From: an uncultured delta proteobacterium
Lineage (GTDB): Bacteria > Myxococcota > Myxococcia > Myxococcales > 40CM-4-68-19
Direction of reading: 5' to 3'
Length of the DNA: 64,000 bases
NCBI GenBank assembly: GCA_903911145.1
Contig: CAIWCD010000013.1
Location: 62,001 to 126,000 of the forward strand
The notes under the pieces were generated by a model. That model had not been told where the DNA came from. It searched no databases and saw only the letters and a program-made list of their open reading frames with translations. Positions 28,801-37,974 of this stretch are shown here, in pieces (the stretch's first letter is position 1; the number at the start of each line of letters is the position of its first letter). The position numbers and the translations under genes were made by a program.

Positions 28801-31800
28801 TGGCGCTGTCGCTGTTGGAGACGTTCACGCCACCTGCGCGCGCAACGGCGCTGTTGATCGCATCGCCCGGCTTCGCGCTGGTGAGCACGACCGCCTGGTA
28901 GCGCAACTCGAGCGTTTCACCCGCCGCGAGATCGTAGGGACCAAAGTCGAGATTCGCGCCGACCGTTGCCTGGCCTGACTTTCCGGCGTCGGGCAGCCTC
29001 GGGCCGAGCCGCGATGCCGCGCAGTTCGCGCCCAGTGCATCCTGCGACAGCAGCGGGCAGTGCCTCGTCGCCGCGGGCTGGACCCCGTTTGCCGTCGTCA
29101 CGGAATTGATTGGTGCCGGAACCAATCTATCCGCACGCGCCGAACCAGCCGCGTAGCGAAGATCTGCAGGCAGCACGTCCGCGAGGTGCACGCCGCCGTT
29201 GCCGTTGGCGTCGACGAGCATGTCCTGCGAGCTCGGATTCTGCAGCGTGATCGAATAGCCGACGAGATCGCCAATCATCGCGGTCGTGCGGGTCGCGACC
29301 TTCACCAGGCGCAGCGACGAGCTGTCGAGCTCGACGTGATTGTTGGTGACGACATCACCGGGAGAGAGCGTGAAGCGCTGGAACCAGCGCGGCGTCGTGG
29401 ATGCGTTGGGCGCACCGAGAGGAACGACAGGGCCGTTCGTCGCGAATCCCGGCCACGGCGCCGGCTTGCTTCCCGGGAACGAGAGCATCGGCGTCTCGGG
29501 CAGAACCATGAGTCGATAGTGGCGCGGGGTCCCGTCGCCAGATCGTGCGCCTGCACTCGTGCCCGCGACGAGGTCGAAGCGATAGAGGCCGAGCGAGCCC
29601 GTGGTCTGCGCCTGCTGGCCTGCACGCAAGCAACCGGGGCTCACGGCACGCGGCAGAATCTTGCCGTCCGCGAACCGCTGCGGACCGACTGCAATCGTCG
29701 ACTGATCGGCCTCGCATGATGGAGGCGTCTGCCCGACTTCGCTGTCGTCGTAGAGCAGCACCATGCGCGCGCCCGCGACGACGCTGCGATCAGCGCGCAC
29801 GAGCGCACCGCCCGGCTGCACGGGAAGATCGAGTGCCACGACATTGCCGCCCTGCCCGCTCGACGTGACCGGCGCGTCGAGGAAGTGCGTTCCCTCGGGA
29901 GACACCACCTCGATCCCATAGCCAGCCGGCGGCAGATCGTTCGCACGGTAGTTGCCCTGCGCGTCGGCGATGACCGTCTTGATCGGCGCGCCACCGTTCA
30001 GATCGGCGCGGCGTACGAGCACCTGGAATCCAGGCAGCGGGCGGTCGCCGTCGCCGACGAGGCCGTCGCTGTTGAGATCCCACGCGACCTTGCCGGAGAC
30101 GGATGACGTGCCCTGCGCCTGCCCGACGACGACGACAACCGGCATCGCCAGACGCGAATCGAGCGGCGTCGCCCGCACGCCGGCCTCGTTGCGAATGGTC
30201 GAACCGAGCGCGACGTTGGCGAGGACCTTGACGCGGAACTGCAGCTGCGCCCTGCCGCCTGCGCGGACCGTGACATTGCTCGCAGTGATGATCCCCGCGC
30301 CGCCCGCGGTGGACTGGAACGCGATGGTTCCATCGCCCGTCGCGCTGCCCGCGACGTAGCTGAGACCAGGAGGAAGCGTGTCGTCGATCAGCGCCTGCGT
30401 CGCATCGACACCGCCGCCGTTGACGAGCGTGATTGTGTACGTCAACGCGTCGCCCGGCTCGACATCGCCGCCGTTCTCGTCGAGCACGGCCTTGCTGCTG
30501 CTCGAGAGATCGGCGCGGCTCCCAGCGCCCACCGGCGTCAGCGTCGGCTGGATTCCCGGCAGGGTCGGATCGCCATCGCTGTTGATCGAGATGCCGCCGG
30601 CCGCGTTGATCTGCGCCTGGTTCGACAGCGTGCCCGGCTGATCGACATGCATGCGGAACGTCGCGATCGCGTGCGCTCCTGCTGCGAGCGCGCCGATCGG
30701 AACATAGACGCGCGTGCCGATCACGTTGCCCGAGTCGGGAAGCGAAACTGTGTTGAGTACCAACGATCCGGCAACGTACGTCGCGCCCGCCGGGAGATCG
30801 TCGATGATCCCCACAGCGTTCGCCGCCGCGCTGCCGTGGTTGTCGACTTCGATCGAGTATTGGATCACGTCTCCAACATCGACCGCGCCGTTCTGGTTGA
30901 CGTCTGTCGCCAGCGACCAACTCTTCACCGCGGTGAGCAGCGGCGCGCTTCCCACGACCACCGTGGTCGCATCGCCGAGAACAGGCGTCGTCGGATCATC
31001 CGTCACGGCCTGCGGCACGCGATCTGCGCGCAGCATTCCCTGGTTCGAGATCTGCGTTCCGGCGAGCGCCGAGTCCGAGACGCGCACGCGGAAACTGACG
31101 GCCGCGACGGTGTCATCGAGGGCCGCGCCCGTCGAGACGAGCATGGTTCCATCGGCCGTGCCCGCGCGCGCGGAGTGCACACGCAGGCCCGTCGCCAACG
31201 CGCTCTGCCCGCTCACGTCGGTGACGGTCTGCCCGTTGAGCATCGTGCTGCCCGCCACGTACGTCGTCTGCGGCGGAGGCATATCGGTGAGCACCGTGTT
31301 GGTCGCCACCTGGCTGCCGTCGTTGAGTACATGGATCTCGTACTCGAGGATGTCGCCTGGACGCACGACGCCGCCGGTCGAACTGACGTCGGTCACGGTC
31401 TTCACCGAATGTGACAAACGAGGCGAAGCTGTCACAACGAACTTCGTCGGATCATTCGGTGCCGCGGTGTTCGGATCGTCGGTGAGCTGCGGCTGGCCTC
31501 CGCTGAGCTCATCGAAGCTGAGCGCTCCCTGGTTGGCAACGACCTGCTGATCGTTCGCCGACGAAGCGATGACAGCTGTGAACACGAGATTGATCGACGC
31601 ACCCGGCGCGACCGTGGCGAGCGAGGCGAGACTGGTCGCGCTCCAGACGACCGAACCACTCGTCACGTTGCCCGTCGGGGCGGCAACATGCGTGAGCACA
31701 GGATCGATGGCATCTGCGACCACGACGTGATCGGCATTCGCATCGCCGCTGTTCTTCACCGCGATCGTATAGGTGACCGCATCGCCAGGACGCCACGTGC

Positions 31801-34800
31801 CGTCGCTGCGGCTGTTGTTGACGACCGTCTTCGTGCTCGTGTGCAGATCGGCGATGGCCTTCACCGTGAACCGCGTCGGATCGCTCGCGGCCTGCGTCGA
31901 CGGATCGTCGCTGGGCAGCGGCTGCGAAGACTCATTCAGATTGAGCGCGGCCTGATCGCTCACCACGGTTCCATTCGCAGTGCCCGGCTTCACGCGCGCG
32001 CGCACCGTGAGTTGCACAGTGCGCCCATTGACGAGCGTCCCGAGCGAAGGCGTGGTCGCGGCCGTCCAATCGAGATGCGCGGGATTTCCGCCCGACGCAG
32101 CCGTGAGAATTCCGCCCGCGCCCGCGCTCAGCGTGTCGAGGTTTGAGTCGATCGGATCGACAACGTGCACGCCCGTGGGATTGAACGTCCCGTTGTCCGT
32201 GACCGTGATCGTGTACGCGACGAAATCACCGGGATGGATCGTCCCGTCGCTGCGCGGCGTCTCGGCCCGCACGGTCTTGGCCAGCGCGAGCACCGGATAG
32301 TGCACGGTGATCTTCGTCGCATCGTGCGCGGCGGCCGTCGACGGATCGTCTGTGACATATCCGCTCGATTCGTCACAGGAGAGATTTCCCTGGTTGCTGA
32401 TGACCGTGCCGTCCGCAGTCGTCGAGGCGACCTGCGCGGTGAACGTCAGCGTCACGGCGTTCGCAGGCCCCGGCGCGACGTGCGCGAGCGCGGGAACGAT
32501 CGAGGGAACCCAGGTCAGTGCGCCGCCCGTGACGCCAACGCCATTGCTGCCCTGCGCGTTGACGAGGTTCGCGTCGATCACGTCGGTGACCACCACATTG
32601 TCCGCGTAACCGGTGCCGCTGTTGATGACCGTGATGGTGTAGCTGAGCGTATCGCCCGGCCGCACCAGTCCTGCCTCGCTCTGGCCAACGACCGACACGG
32701 TCTTGGTGCTCGTCGAGAGATCGGGCCTCGAGCTCACCTTCACGACCGTGGGATCCTTCACCGCACCCGTCGACGGATCATCGGAGAGCTGCGGCTGGGT
32801 GATCTCCGACGAAGTCACCTGTGCCTGGTTCGAAATGCTCGTTCCATTCGCGACCGTGGTCTTCACGCGCGCCGTGAACCGGATCGTCGCCGTCGCGCCG
32901 GCCGTGATCCCGCCGACGTTCCAGCGGACCGATCCGCTCGTGAACGTGCCGCTGTCGAGCGGCGTCACCTGATCGAGATTCGTCGTGTCGATCGCATCGG
33001 TCACGACGCTGTTCGTCGCGTTCGCATCTCCCGCATTCGGGACCTTGATCACGTATGTCAAGACAGTGCCCGGAGAGACCGCGGCCGCGACGGTCTGGCC
33101 GTTCGCGAGCTGCGCGACCTTGGTGATGCCGGAGAGATCGGGCGCGGAGTGAACAGTGAAGCTCACGGTGTTGGTGTTGACGTTCGACTGCAGCTCGCTC
33201 GCCGCGAAGGTCGCAAAGTTCGAGATGCCGGTGCTGTCCGCGATCGGCTTCGCGATCGTCGCGACGAACGCCAGCGCGATCCCCGTGCCGGGCGCAACGC
33301 TCGCGAGATTCCACTGCACCGTGCGCGTGCCGCTCGTGTAGCTGCCGCCCTGCGCCGCGGAGACGAACGTGAGGTTCGCGTCGAGCACGTCGCTCACGAC
33401 GGTCGCTGTCGTCGCCTCGTCGCCCGTGTTGATCGGCGTGATGGTGAACTGCAGTTGATCGCCCGCGTGGAAGCTGCCGTCGGTGCGCGTGAGGTTCTTC
33501 ACCGCCTTGGTGCTCGTCGAGAGATCCGCGGCGCTGACGACGGTGAACTTCGTCGAGTCGTGCGGCGCCTGCGTGCCCGGATCATCGCTGAGCGCGGGAG
33601 CCAGTCCCTGCGCGCTCACGCTCGCCTGGTTGGCGATCACAGTCCCGTTCGCGAGCGGCTTCTGCACCACGGCATCGAACGTCAGCACGATGGGCGAATC
33701 GTTCGGGTTCAGTGTCTGCGCGGGAGAGAACGTGATCGTGCCCGAGGTGAACGTGCCACCCGCGATGGGCAGCACCGGCGTCAGGCGCGGGTCGATCGCG
33801 TCGGTCACGACGATCTGGTGAGCCGCGGCCGTGCCCGTATTGGGGACAGTGATCGTGTAGCGGACGGTGTCGCCCGGATGGATCCCGGCAGTGCTGTGCG
33901 GGGGATTGCCAGGAGCTGCAGCGACGGTCTTGGTGATCGAAGAGAGATCGGGCGCGCTCTGGATCGTCACGACCGTCGCGTCGGCAGTCGCGGGAGTCGC
34001 CGGATCGTCCGAAGGCACGGGCGTCGTGATCTCGCTCGACGTGGCGAAGGCCTGGTTGGAGATCGTGACTCCGTTCGCGAGGGGGGACGCGATCGTGGCC
34101 GTGAGCGTGAGCGAAGCCGATGCGCCGGCTGCGAGCGAGGCCCAACTCGCGCTGAGGACGCCGCCGCTGATGTTTGCACTGCCACCGCCGGTCACGCCGG
34201 AGACGGACGGATTGGTCAATCGCGGATCGATCGTGTCGCTCAACCGCACATTGGTGGCCGCGGCCGTGCCGTCGTTGGGGATCGTCAGCGTGTAGACGAC
34301 CGTGTCGCCGGGCTGGCGCGATTGGCTGCCCGTGAGCGCCTTGGTGAAGCCGGAGAAATCGGGCCGGCTGCCGAACTGCATCACCACGATCGTCGGGTCG
34401 CCCGGAGCGCCCGTTGCGGGATCGTCGCTCAGCGTCGTCGCGCTCGCGAGCGTCTGCGCGCCCTGTTCGGGAAGCTGCTTGCCGTTGATCTGCGCCGACG
34501 AGATCCCCACGCTCTGGAACTGCGCGACGCTGAACGCCGTCGTCTCCCAGACCACCTCGAGCTGGAAGTTCGCGGGCACCTTCATGTTGGTGAGATCGAA
34601 CTGCCCGGTGTTGTTCGCGCCGCCAGGCTGCACGCTGAGCGTCGCGTTGCTGTCGCCCTGCGAGACGACGTCGAGTCCTTGCGTGAACGGCGGCGCATCG
34701 ACATGCAGGTGAACGCCTGTCGCCGCGACCGCGCCAGTGTTCGTCAGCACCAGCGTGTACTGCAGCGTGTCGCCAGGATGCGCGTTGTGCGGCGCCGTGT

Positions 34801-35380
34801 TCGAGGCCTGCCCATTGACACGCACCGTGAGTTCTGGAGTGCCGAGCTGCGGGCCTGCGACGGACGTGCAGGGATTGGTCGTCGCTGCGTCCGCACCGCC
34901 GCCACCCGTGATGTTCGAGGTGTTGCAGATCTGTCCGGATGCGTTCTGGTTCACCGTCACGCGAAAGGTGAAATCGACTTCATTGAGCGTGAAGCCGAAA
35001 AGAGAGATCGGCAGCTGCACCGGAAAGCCGGGGAACTGGATCGTCCAGCCCGCCACCAGCGCGCTCGTTCCGTTCTGATCGGCGATGTCGAGGCTGAGCG
35101 GGAAGCCAAACGCCGCGGCCTGCGGAGCCGTCGCCGAGGTCGAACCGGCCACGTACGTCGTCCCCGCCGGGATGCCGTCCTGCACGGTGATCGTCGCGGG
35201 GTCGCCCGTGCTGATCACCTTGATCGTGTACGTGAGCGTCTCTCCCGGCAGCGCCGTCGTCTTGTCGACCGACTTGCTGCTCTGTGAAAAATCAGGAGCC
35301 GCCTGCACCGACAGGGCACAGAGGGCAATCGCCAGCGCAGCTCCGATGGATGCACGCACGTTCTTCCGCCTCCACTGCAT
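22838..35380 (-). CDS. Giant secreted surface protein: about 13 DUF11/TIGR01451-like repeats, SdrD-B-like domains, two OmpA-like domains, C-terminal beta-barrel
   Basis: Signal peptide (VQA-A); repeated K....PGD.L.YTI.V.N.G; LSDQRARAVRELL..RGRG..P..N..RLKNRRI and FSEARA..GRRANNRV (OmpA C-like); amphipathic strands ending FFIRAVGEY. Confidence 0.88.
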   Translation of the reverse strand: MQWRRKNVRASIGAALAIALCALSVQAAPDFSQSSKSVDKTTALPGETLTYTIKVISTGDPATITVQDGIPAGTTYVAGSTSATAPQAAAFGFPLSLDIADQNGTSALVAGWTIQFPGFPVQLPISLFGFTLNEVDFTFRVTVNQNASGQICNTSNITGGGGADAATTNPCTSVAGPQLGTPELTVRVNGQASNTAPHNAHPGDTLQYTLVLTNTGAVAATGVHLHVDAPPFTQGLDVVSQGDSNATLSVQPGGANNTGQFDLTNMKVPANFQLEVVWETTAFSVAQFQSVGISSAQINGKQLPEQGAQTLASATTLSDDPATGAPGDPTIVVMQFGSRPDFSGFTKALTGSQSRQPGDTVVYTLTIPNDGTAAATNVRLSDTIDPRLTNPSVSGVTGGGSANISGGVLSASWASLAAGASASLTLTATIASPLANGVTISNQAFATSSEITTPVPSDDPATPATADATVVTIQSAPDLSSITKTVAAAPGNPPHSTAGIHPGDTVRYTITVPNTGTAAAHQIVVTDAIDPRLTPVLPIAGGTFTSGTITFSPAQTLNPNDSPIVLTFDAVVQKPLANGTVIANQASVSAQGLAPALSDDPGTQAPHDSTKFTVVSAADLSTSTKAVKNLTRTDGSFHAGDQLQFTITPINTGDEATTATVVSDVLDANLTFVSAAQGGSYTSGTRTVQWNLASVAPGTGIALAFVATIAKPIADSTGISNFATFAASELQSNVNTNTVSFTVHSAPDLSGITKVAQLANGQTVAAAVSPGTVLTYVIKVPNAGDANATNSVVTDAIDTTNLDQVTPLDSGTFTSGSVRWNVGGITAGATATIRFTARVKTTVANGTSISNQAQVTSSEITQPQLSDDPSTGAVKDPTVVKVSSRPDLSTSTKTVSVVGQSEAGLVRPGDTLSYTITVINSGTGYADNVVVTDVIDANLVNAQGSNGVGVTGGALTWVPSIVPALAHVAPGPANAVTLTFTAQVASTTADGTVISNQGNLSCDESSGYVTDDPSTAAAHDATKITVHYPVLALAKTVRAETPRSDGTIHPGDFVAYTITVTDNGTFNPTGVHVVDPIDSNLDTLSAGAGGILTAASGGNPAHLDWTAATTPSLGTLVNGRTVQLTVRARVKPGTANGTVVSDQAALNLNESSQPLPSDDPSTQAASDPTRFTVKAIADLHTSTKTVVNNSRSDGTWRPGDAVTYTIAVKNSGDANADHVVVADAIDPVLTHVAAPTGNVTSGSVVWSATSLASLATVAPGASINLVFTAVIASSANDQQVVANQGALSFDELSGGQPQLTDDPNTAAPNDPTKFVVTASPRLSHSVKTVTDVSSTGGVVRPGDILEYEIHVLNDGSQVATNTVLTDMPPPQTTYVAGSTMLNGQTVTDVSGQSALATGLRVHSARAGTADGTMLVSTGAALDDTVAAVSFRVRVSDSALAGTQISNQGMLRADRVPQAVTDDPTTPVLGDATTVVVGSAPLLTAVKSWSLATDVNQNGAVDVGDVIQYSIEVDNHGSAAANAVGIIDDLPAGATYVAGSLVLNTVSLPDSGNVIGTRVYVPIGALAAGAHAIATFRMHVDQPGTLSNQAQINAAGGISINSDGDPTLPGIQPTLTPVGAGSRADLSSSSKAVLDENGGDVEPGDALTYTITLVNGGGVDATQALIDDTLPPGLSYVAGSATGDGTIAFQSTAGGAGIITASNVTVRAGGRAQLQFRVKVLANVALGSTIRNEAGVRATPLDSRLAMPVVVVVGQAQGTSSVSGKVAWDLNSDGLVGDGDRPLPGFQVLVRRADLNGGAPIKTVIADAQGNYRANDLPPAGYGIEVVSPEGTHFLDAPVTSSGQGGNVVALDLPVQPGGALVRADRSVVAGARMVLLYDDSEVGQTPPSCEADQSTIAVGPQRFADGKILPRAVSPGCLRAGQQAQTTGSLGLYRFDLVAGTSAGARSGDGTPRHYRLMVLPETPMLSFPGSKPAPWPGFATNGPVVPLGAPNASTTPRWFQRFTLSPGDVVTNNHVELDSSSLRLVKVATRTTAMIGDLVGYSITLQNPSSQDMLVDANGNGGVHLADVLPADLRYAAGSARADRLVPAPINSVTTANGVQPAATRHCPLLSQDALGANCAASRLGPRLPDAGKSGQATVGANLDFGPYDLAAGETLELRYQAVVLTSAKPGDAINSAVARAGGVNVSNSDSAIVRIAQDPLFDLSSLVGKVYCEKDAPGRAGYGQDADELGVPGVRIYEDEGWFAETDATGKFHFRGLQPGLHRFKIDPRTLPPGATIFDDGSITTNLTAGLDARGNFPVSCQRKLVGPDRVSVRYVPPPPPQTRTLVADPSALELRVDGTPLLMSRGSLRLLSEAKETAHENVIEVDAAAQKPLHFEALLAGGPVPLSWRVSLTDATGTLLGEALANGAPPESIELAPVGTLPIGATLRAQLELRSDAGRYVSPILPLRVIAKIPPAESVATFVLHGQLFDEQNATQTPELAKQIAKAIEAAKAKPELQVEVEVHTAYLGSLDEEHVLSDQRARAVRELLLTAGIAPERIHARGRGSDVPLEINVTEKARLKNRRIVIQLMKPLTPPPAPEAVHTDALTLYEGKPLAMTIGQPIAELAHGQGAAVVLQGTDGERTEFTVPKEPLAVPAAPIALRLDAPTRTLSIGNNSFALPLLGLSVEPLVEGSPSKRVLVDTGGIPRGLSFAIGAPVDDVVSWRLVVESTDTDQSSEVAGEGTPPQRISWPESKPLVAGVVRARLSVRVRGGGEGRSPVAEFIASPPPDPVMRSTMQGATLFNGRERKLSREGVVNAKGVADKLLISAGEDGRLVVDVFTDDARDAQAFSEARATELKAALVAAGVPEAQLLVRARGETLPIASNSNASGRRANNRVLFSAMAAEKALPEAEAMPSAARLGDASMHADGASFVGEIKSLPTLLPIDVRLTSGASATLQLALPFPSTELKPAPGAPALVSNVRASSAQAMIGTQSNSSTALGSAAVEVSMDAGTAAPAPIAALPAVAAPSNGSPIVGTQTISGAVQMKTMAMADVATGSAPLAAKLSADLPAAGTLVRAEALWVRGSTDPRNKLTLNGASVKLDEQGAFAVRVPLHRGDQSLALVSTDPNGESATIERQVHVNPDGFFMLLLGEGDFGQGGAALDGVGDRADFGGVFLKGRAAGVVEGRWDLSQKLSGLIKDVQLSGNFDTARRNAPDAFVELYDPSHYYPVDGDSGLFGQQATSQGPIYLNLKADESHLIVGNFKTEMPSSTEQLFRFDRTLYGIDLSVQKSAAIAGAGKPGLDTKLDLFGANGDLRQHHAHGELRGTGGSIYWLKDSDIIAGSEQVRLVVRDANTGIELTSVPQARDVDYTIQASEGRVIFKQAIPSVADASFLASANYTTALGGHPIFVVVDYDYRGAAGQGGHAAGAHLQETLFGVLTAGGGIASENYSGGSAYTLAGLNIGYKPKPHTFINIEVAQSKGTDAESYSSVDGGLTFGSLTPSCLNAATDLYACNATGRALRIEAGFELGEWLHRKSAEMVGTPTVGTQSNSAAPPPLPTPSGMPGAPAIGPGDLLRANIYFDTRDQGFYSSGGAMDQGATKAGLLLRWTPDMRTQITGRVDQVASDVALGFDDTNGYTTKRVLRRFSGIQASHTLGESDTLAGRFTLTAEIDDTYTDDSAIGTTFADQLLFGAIFRATPKLNFSLYQQGTWNADASQYPSWGERVSTLLGATYKLTDKLYADVQETILWNGNNSTVLGLRTPLFSPLSSGYLNERFTETSGALQTTTVVGAEERIAAGTRMYGEYQLDNQSSAAAQRAVMGMQNRWEVRPGLFASAAFERAQVIAGIGAGLGGGVAGDGQNIPGAGPGGTLGGITGQSPISGTSLNPIATCIPGTTTNSGTPPVAGAAGACSSGSGLSYNPAGAYYPGTTTRDSGSVSIEYLASERFKLSAKGELRLDQADQRLVGTMAGVADRLHFLVSVDLTSKWGDDLGTFGRVHIAQTQAQNVENPTGPQLTEARWVELTAGLTYRPVKTDWLAVMFKVTHLVDLRPLDLTSGIGDEQTSDVLAISPTFELPFHIAIAEKVAYKHTRDVLAGGPALDTSTWLWVNRLDVHLHKMVDFSGEFRVLALRGPSSGAVGIGGDGERGILLEAAFKPSRYARIGAGWNFTTFSDDELARYDHTAGGFFIRAVGEY
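24778..24804. repeat. Two 12-bp motif units at 15-bp period inside the giant gene
   Basis: TTTGAGTACCAA-CTG-TTGGTGTACCAA (encodes VGTPTVGTQ). Confidence 0.75.
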
Positions 35381-35421
35381 GTGCCCGCGCAGCTGCCGGG
35401 CGACTTCGTGTACTTACGACA

Positions 35422-35667
35422 CTAAGCTTCGCGCAACCTGAGCTTCGCCTCTTCGTCGACGATGGCAACGAAGCTCAATCCGCAGTAGGCGCAGAGCACG
35501 TCATCGCCATTTCCAAACGCGTCATGCGGGTTGTTTGCCGAGCAGATCGGACAGTCGAATTCGCTGAAGCGCCGCCGCCTGCCGAGAGCAAGACCGGACC
35601 TCTTGGCCTCGTCCTCCTCGGCCTCGGCGTTCTGCTGCAGTTGATCCGCTCTGCTCTGCGCGCTCAT
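35422..35667 (-). CDS. Small zinc-ribbon protein
   Basis: FDCPICSANNP...VLCAYCG; collinear in the operon-like run. Confidence 0.75.
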   Translation of the reverse strand: MSAQSRADQLQQNAEAEEDEAKRSGLALGRRRRFSEFDCPICSANNPHDAFGNGDDVLCAYCGLSFVAIVDEEAKLRLREA

Positions 35668-35688
35668 TCCCGGTTCCTTGTCGCTGCC

Positions 35689-37974
35689 CTAGAACGCCTG
35701 GCCGTTGGCAGGCGGCAAGGTCCGATAGTCGTGGTCGATCACGCCCATCAACTCGATGATCGCTTGCGCGTACTGGGTCTTGTCCTCCGCGGTGCCCGAC
35801 ACGCCCTGGCGATCGACAAAGAAGCTGCCGGTGTCGCATTCGCGCTGGTATCCGAGGCTCTGGTAGCTGACGCCCGCGTCGTTGCTGTCGAGGCAGGCCT
35901 TGTCACCGCTCGCGTCGACCCAGCAGCACTGGCCCGAGGGAAACACGGTGATCATCGGATGCGCGAGGCCCGAGGTCGCGAGCACGTTGGGAACCGCGCC
36001 GGTGCCGGCCATCGCTGTCGACGTCATGCCGTAGCCATGCAGCACGAACGCGACCGGATACCGCTTCGTCGCGTTCGCCGGATCGTTGTAGCCGGGCGGC
36101 AACATCACCGAGTAGGCCCAATCGGCGCCGAGCGTCGTCGAGTGCAGCACCAGATCCATCTGGTTGACGCCCGCTCCGCTGAACGGCTTGGGCGGGCCCA
36201 GCACCGGGTCCCAACGCGCGGAGAGCCACTGGAAGAAGACCGCGAAGCGATCGTACGTCTCGGCGAGCGAGCCGACGTGATCGCCGTTGCCCGCGCGGAT
36301 GTCCGCGACGCTCGCGTTCGGATTTCCGTAGAGCACGAGCGTGTTCCGCCCCAACGCCGAGATGTCGAAGCTGAGCGGATTGAAGTCGTTCTCGGGATCG
36401 CTTCCGGGTGCTTCGCCGTAGGTCCACGGCAGTCCCGACGCAGAGGGGATATCGGGGAAATCCTCGAACCGCGTCAGCGCAGGCGTCGGCACGGCCAGCT
36501 TCACGCCGCCCGCGAGCGCCTCGGCCTGCGCGCCGAGATCGAACACGTCGCGAATGCCTCCCTCGAAGTAGAAGTCGAGCCCCGCCTTGCGCTCAGCGGT
36601 CATCGTCGGGAGCGAGCTGCGCAGGTCCTGGGCGAACCAGTGCGCGTAGCCGGGCGACATCGTGAACTTCCCGTCGCCCTCGCCCTCGTCGCTGGTGCCT
36701 GCGACGCCATCGAGGCCGACGTCCTCGAACGGCTCGCCGAGATCGTACTTCCAGTTCCCCTCGGTGCCCGCCGGGTTTGTCTGCGGATTGTAGTTGTCAC
36801 CGTTCGGATCGGCGACGCCTCTCGCGAACGGGCTCAACTCCGCCGTCGTGCAGCCGCCATCACCGGCCTCGAGCTTGTCCGGGCAGCCATCGACACCGAC
36901 ATCGCTGAACGGCTCGTGGCCTTGCAGGAGAAGCGGCTCGTTCAGATCGCGCCGGCCGTTGCCATTGATGTCGATCGCGAGCACGAACGGCACGAGGACA
37001 TTGCCCTCATAGCAGCCGAGGTTCTCGCCCATGTGATTGAAGTAGAGGTCGACCTCGGCCGGGTTGCTTGAGTGCTCGTTCGCCTCGTGCGCGTTGCCGC
37101 CGTGCGTGGCGCAGAACCCGCTGGCATCGCTGTACTGCGCGAGCGCGCGTCCTTGCAGCGCCGCCGCCGCGCACCAGTCGACCTGCGTGCCGTCGTCACA
37201 CAGCATCAGCGGCGGCTGGCCATCGCAGAACGTAATCGCGTTGTGCTCGCCGTGCGGGCTGTAGTCGCGATCGATCACGTTGTGCACGACATAGGGGCTG
37301 GCACAGCTGATGTTCGCGAGTTCCTCGGGCTTGATCGGCGAGGCGAGCGACGGGCTGTGCGGATTGTGCGAGACGGGATTTCCCATCGATTCGGCGAGGT
37401 CGCCGAACACCTCGAGATAGAAGCCGCGATCGAAGTGGCCACCGTTGAGCGTGAAGGCCCAGTGGTTGAACCGCTGCGAGCGCGAGTACTTCGTCAGCGG
37501 CGTCGGATTCGTCTGCGCGCAGCCGGCGATGCGATCGAGGCGATCCATTCGATTGCCATTGTCGAGCTTGTCCGCGGCCGCGGCCGCCTCGAGTTGCGCT
37601 GGCGAGCAGAAGCCACCGAGGTGCTCGTATTCGATGTTGTGCAGAATCAGCGCCGCATCGAGAGGGCCGCCGAGCGCGCCGATGGCGTCGAAGAGATCGG
37701 GGCGGCTCGCGACGATGCGCGACGAGCCGATCGCGCCCATCGAGACTCCTGAGATCGCGTGGAACAGGTAGTGGCGCGCGGGCGCATTGCAGGTCGGCTT
37801 GCCAGGCGTCGCGGGAAGTCCCGCGGGCGTGTCGGTGCAGACCAGCGTCGCCGCGCAGGTGATCGTCGTACTGCACGCCTCACCGCGCTGCGCGATCGCG
37901 GGCGGCGGAGTCGCCTTCTTTTGGCAAGCGGCAGAGCAGATCAGGACGGCAATCAGAGCCAGGCGACGATGCAC
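35689..37974 (-). CDS. Lipoprotein esterase (alpha/beta hydrolase), apparently circularly permuted
   Basis: Lipobox AAC; AISGVSMGAIG...RPDLFDAIG near the N-terminus; YSVMLPPGY...YPVAFVLHGYG...IDHDYRT at the C-terminus; start trimmed to GTG 37974. Confidence 0.78.
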   Translation of the reverse strand: MHRRLALIAVLICSAACQKKATPPPAIAQRGEACSTTITCAATLVCTDTPAGLPATPGKPTCNAPARHYLFHAISGVSMGAIGSSRIVASRPDLFDAIGALGGPLDAALILHNIEYEHLGGFCSPAQLEAAAAADKLDNGNRMDRLDRIAGCAQTNPTPLTKYSRSQRFNHWAFTLNGGHFDRGFYLEVFGDLAESMGNPVSHNPHSPSLASPIKPEELANISCASPYVVHNVIDRDYSPHGEHNAITFCDGQPPLMLCDDGTQVDWCAAAALQGRALAQYSDASGFCATHGGNAHEANEHSSNPAEVDLYFNHMGENLGCYEGNVLVPFVLAIDINGNGRRDLNEPLLLQGHEPFSDVGVDGCPDKLEAGDGGCTTAELSPFARGVADPNGDNYNPQTNPAGTEGNWKYDLGEPFEDVGLDGVAGTSDEGEGDGKFTMSPGYAHWFAQDLRSSLPTMTAERKAGLDFYFEGGIRDVFDLGAQAEALAGGVKLAVPTPALTRFEDFPDIPSASGLPWTYGEAPGSDPENDFNPLSFDISALGRNTLVLYGNPNASVADIRAGNGDHVGSLAETYDRFAVFFQWLSARWDPVLGPPKPFSGAGVNQMDLVLHSTTLGADWAYSVMLPPGYNDPANATKRYPVAFVLHGYGMTSTAMAGTGAVPNVLATSGLAHPMITVFPSGQCCWVDASGDKACLDSNDAGVSYQSLGYQRECDTGSFFVDRQGVSGTAEDKTQYAQAIIELMGVIDHDYRTLPPANGQAF

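Noticed and set aside
29108..29127. Palindrome GATTGGT-gccgga-ACCAATC in the giant gene
   Set aside because: Spacing differs from the 12-bp family; single instance, left uncounted.
8757..35287. Long overlapping ORFs such as 8757-10667, 16375-18585, 25016-26683, 32165-35287
   Set aside because: Arg/Ala-rich shadow frames of recognisable genes, expected at high GC.
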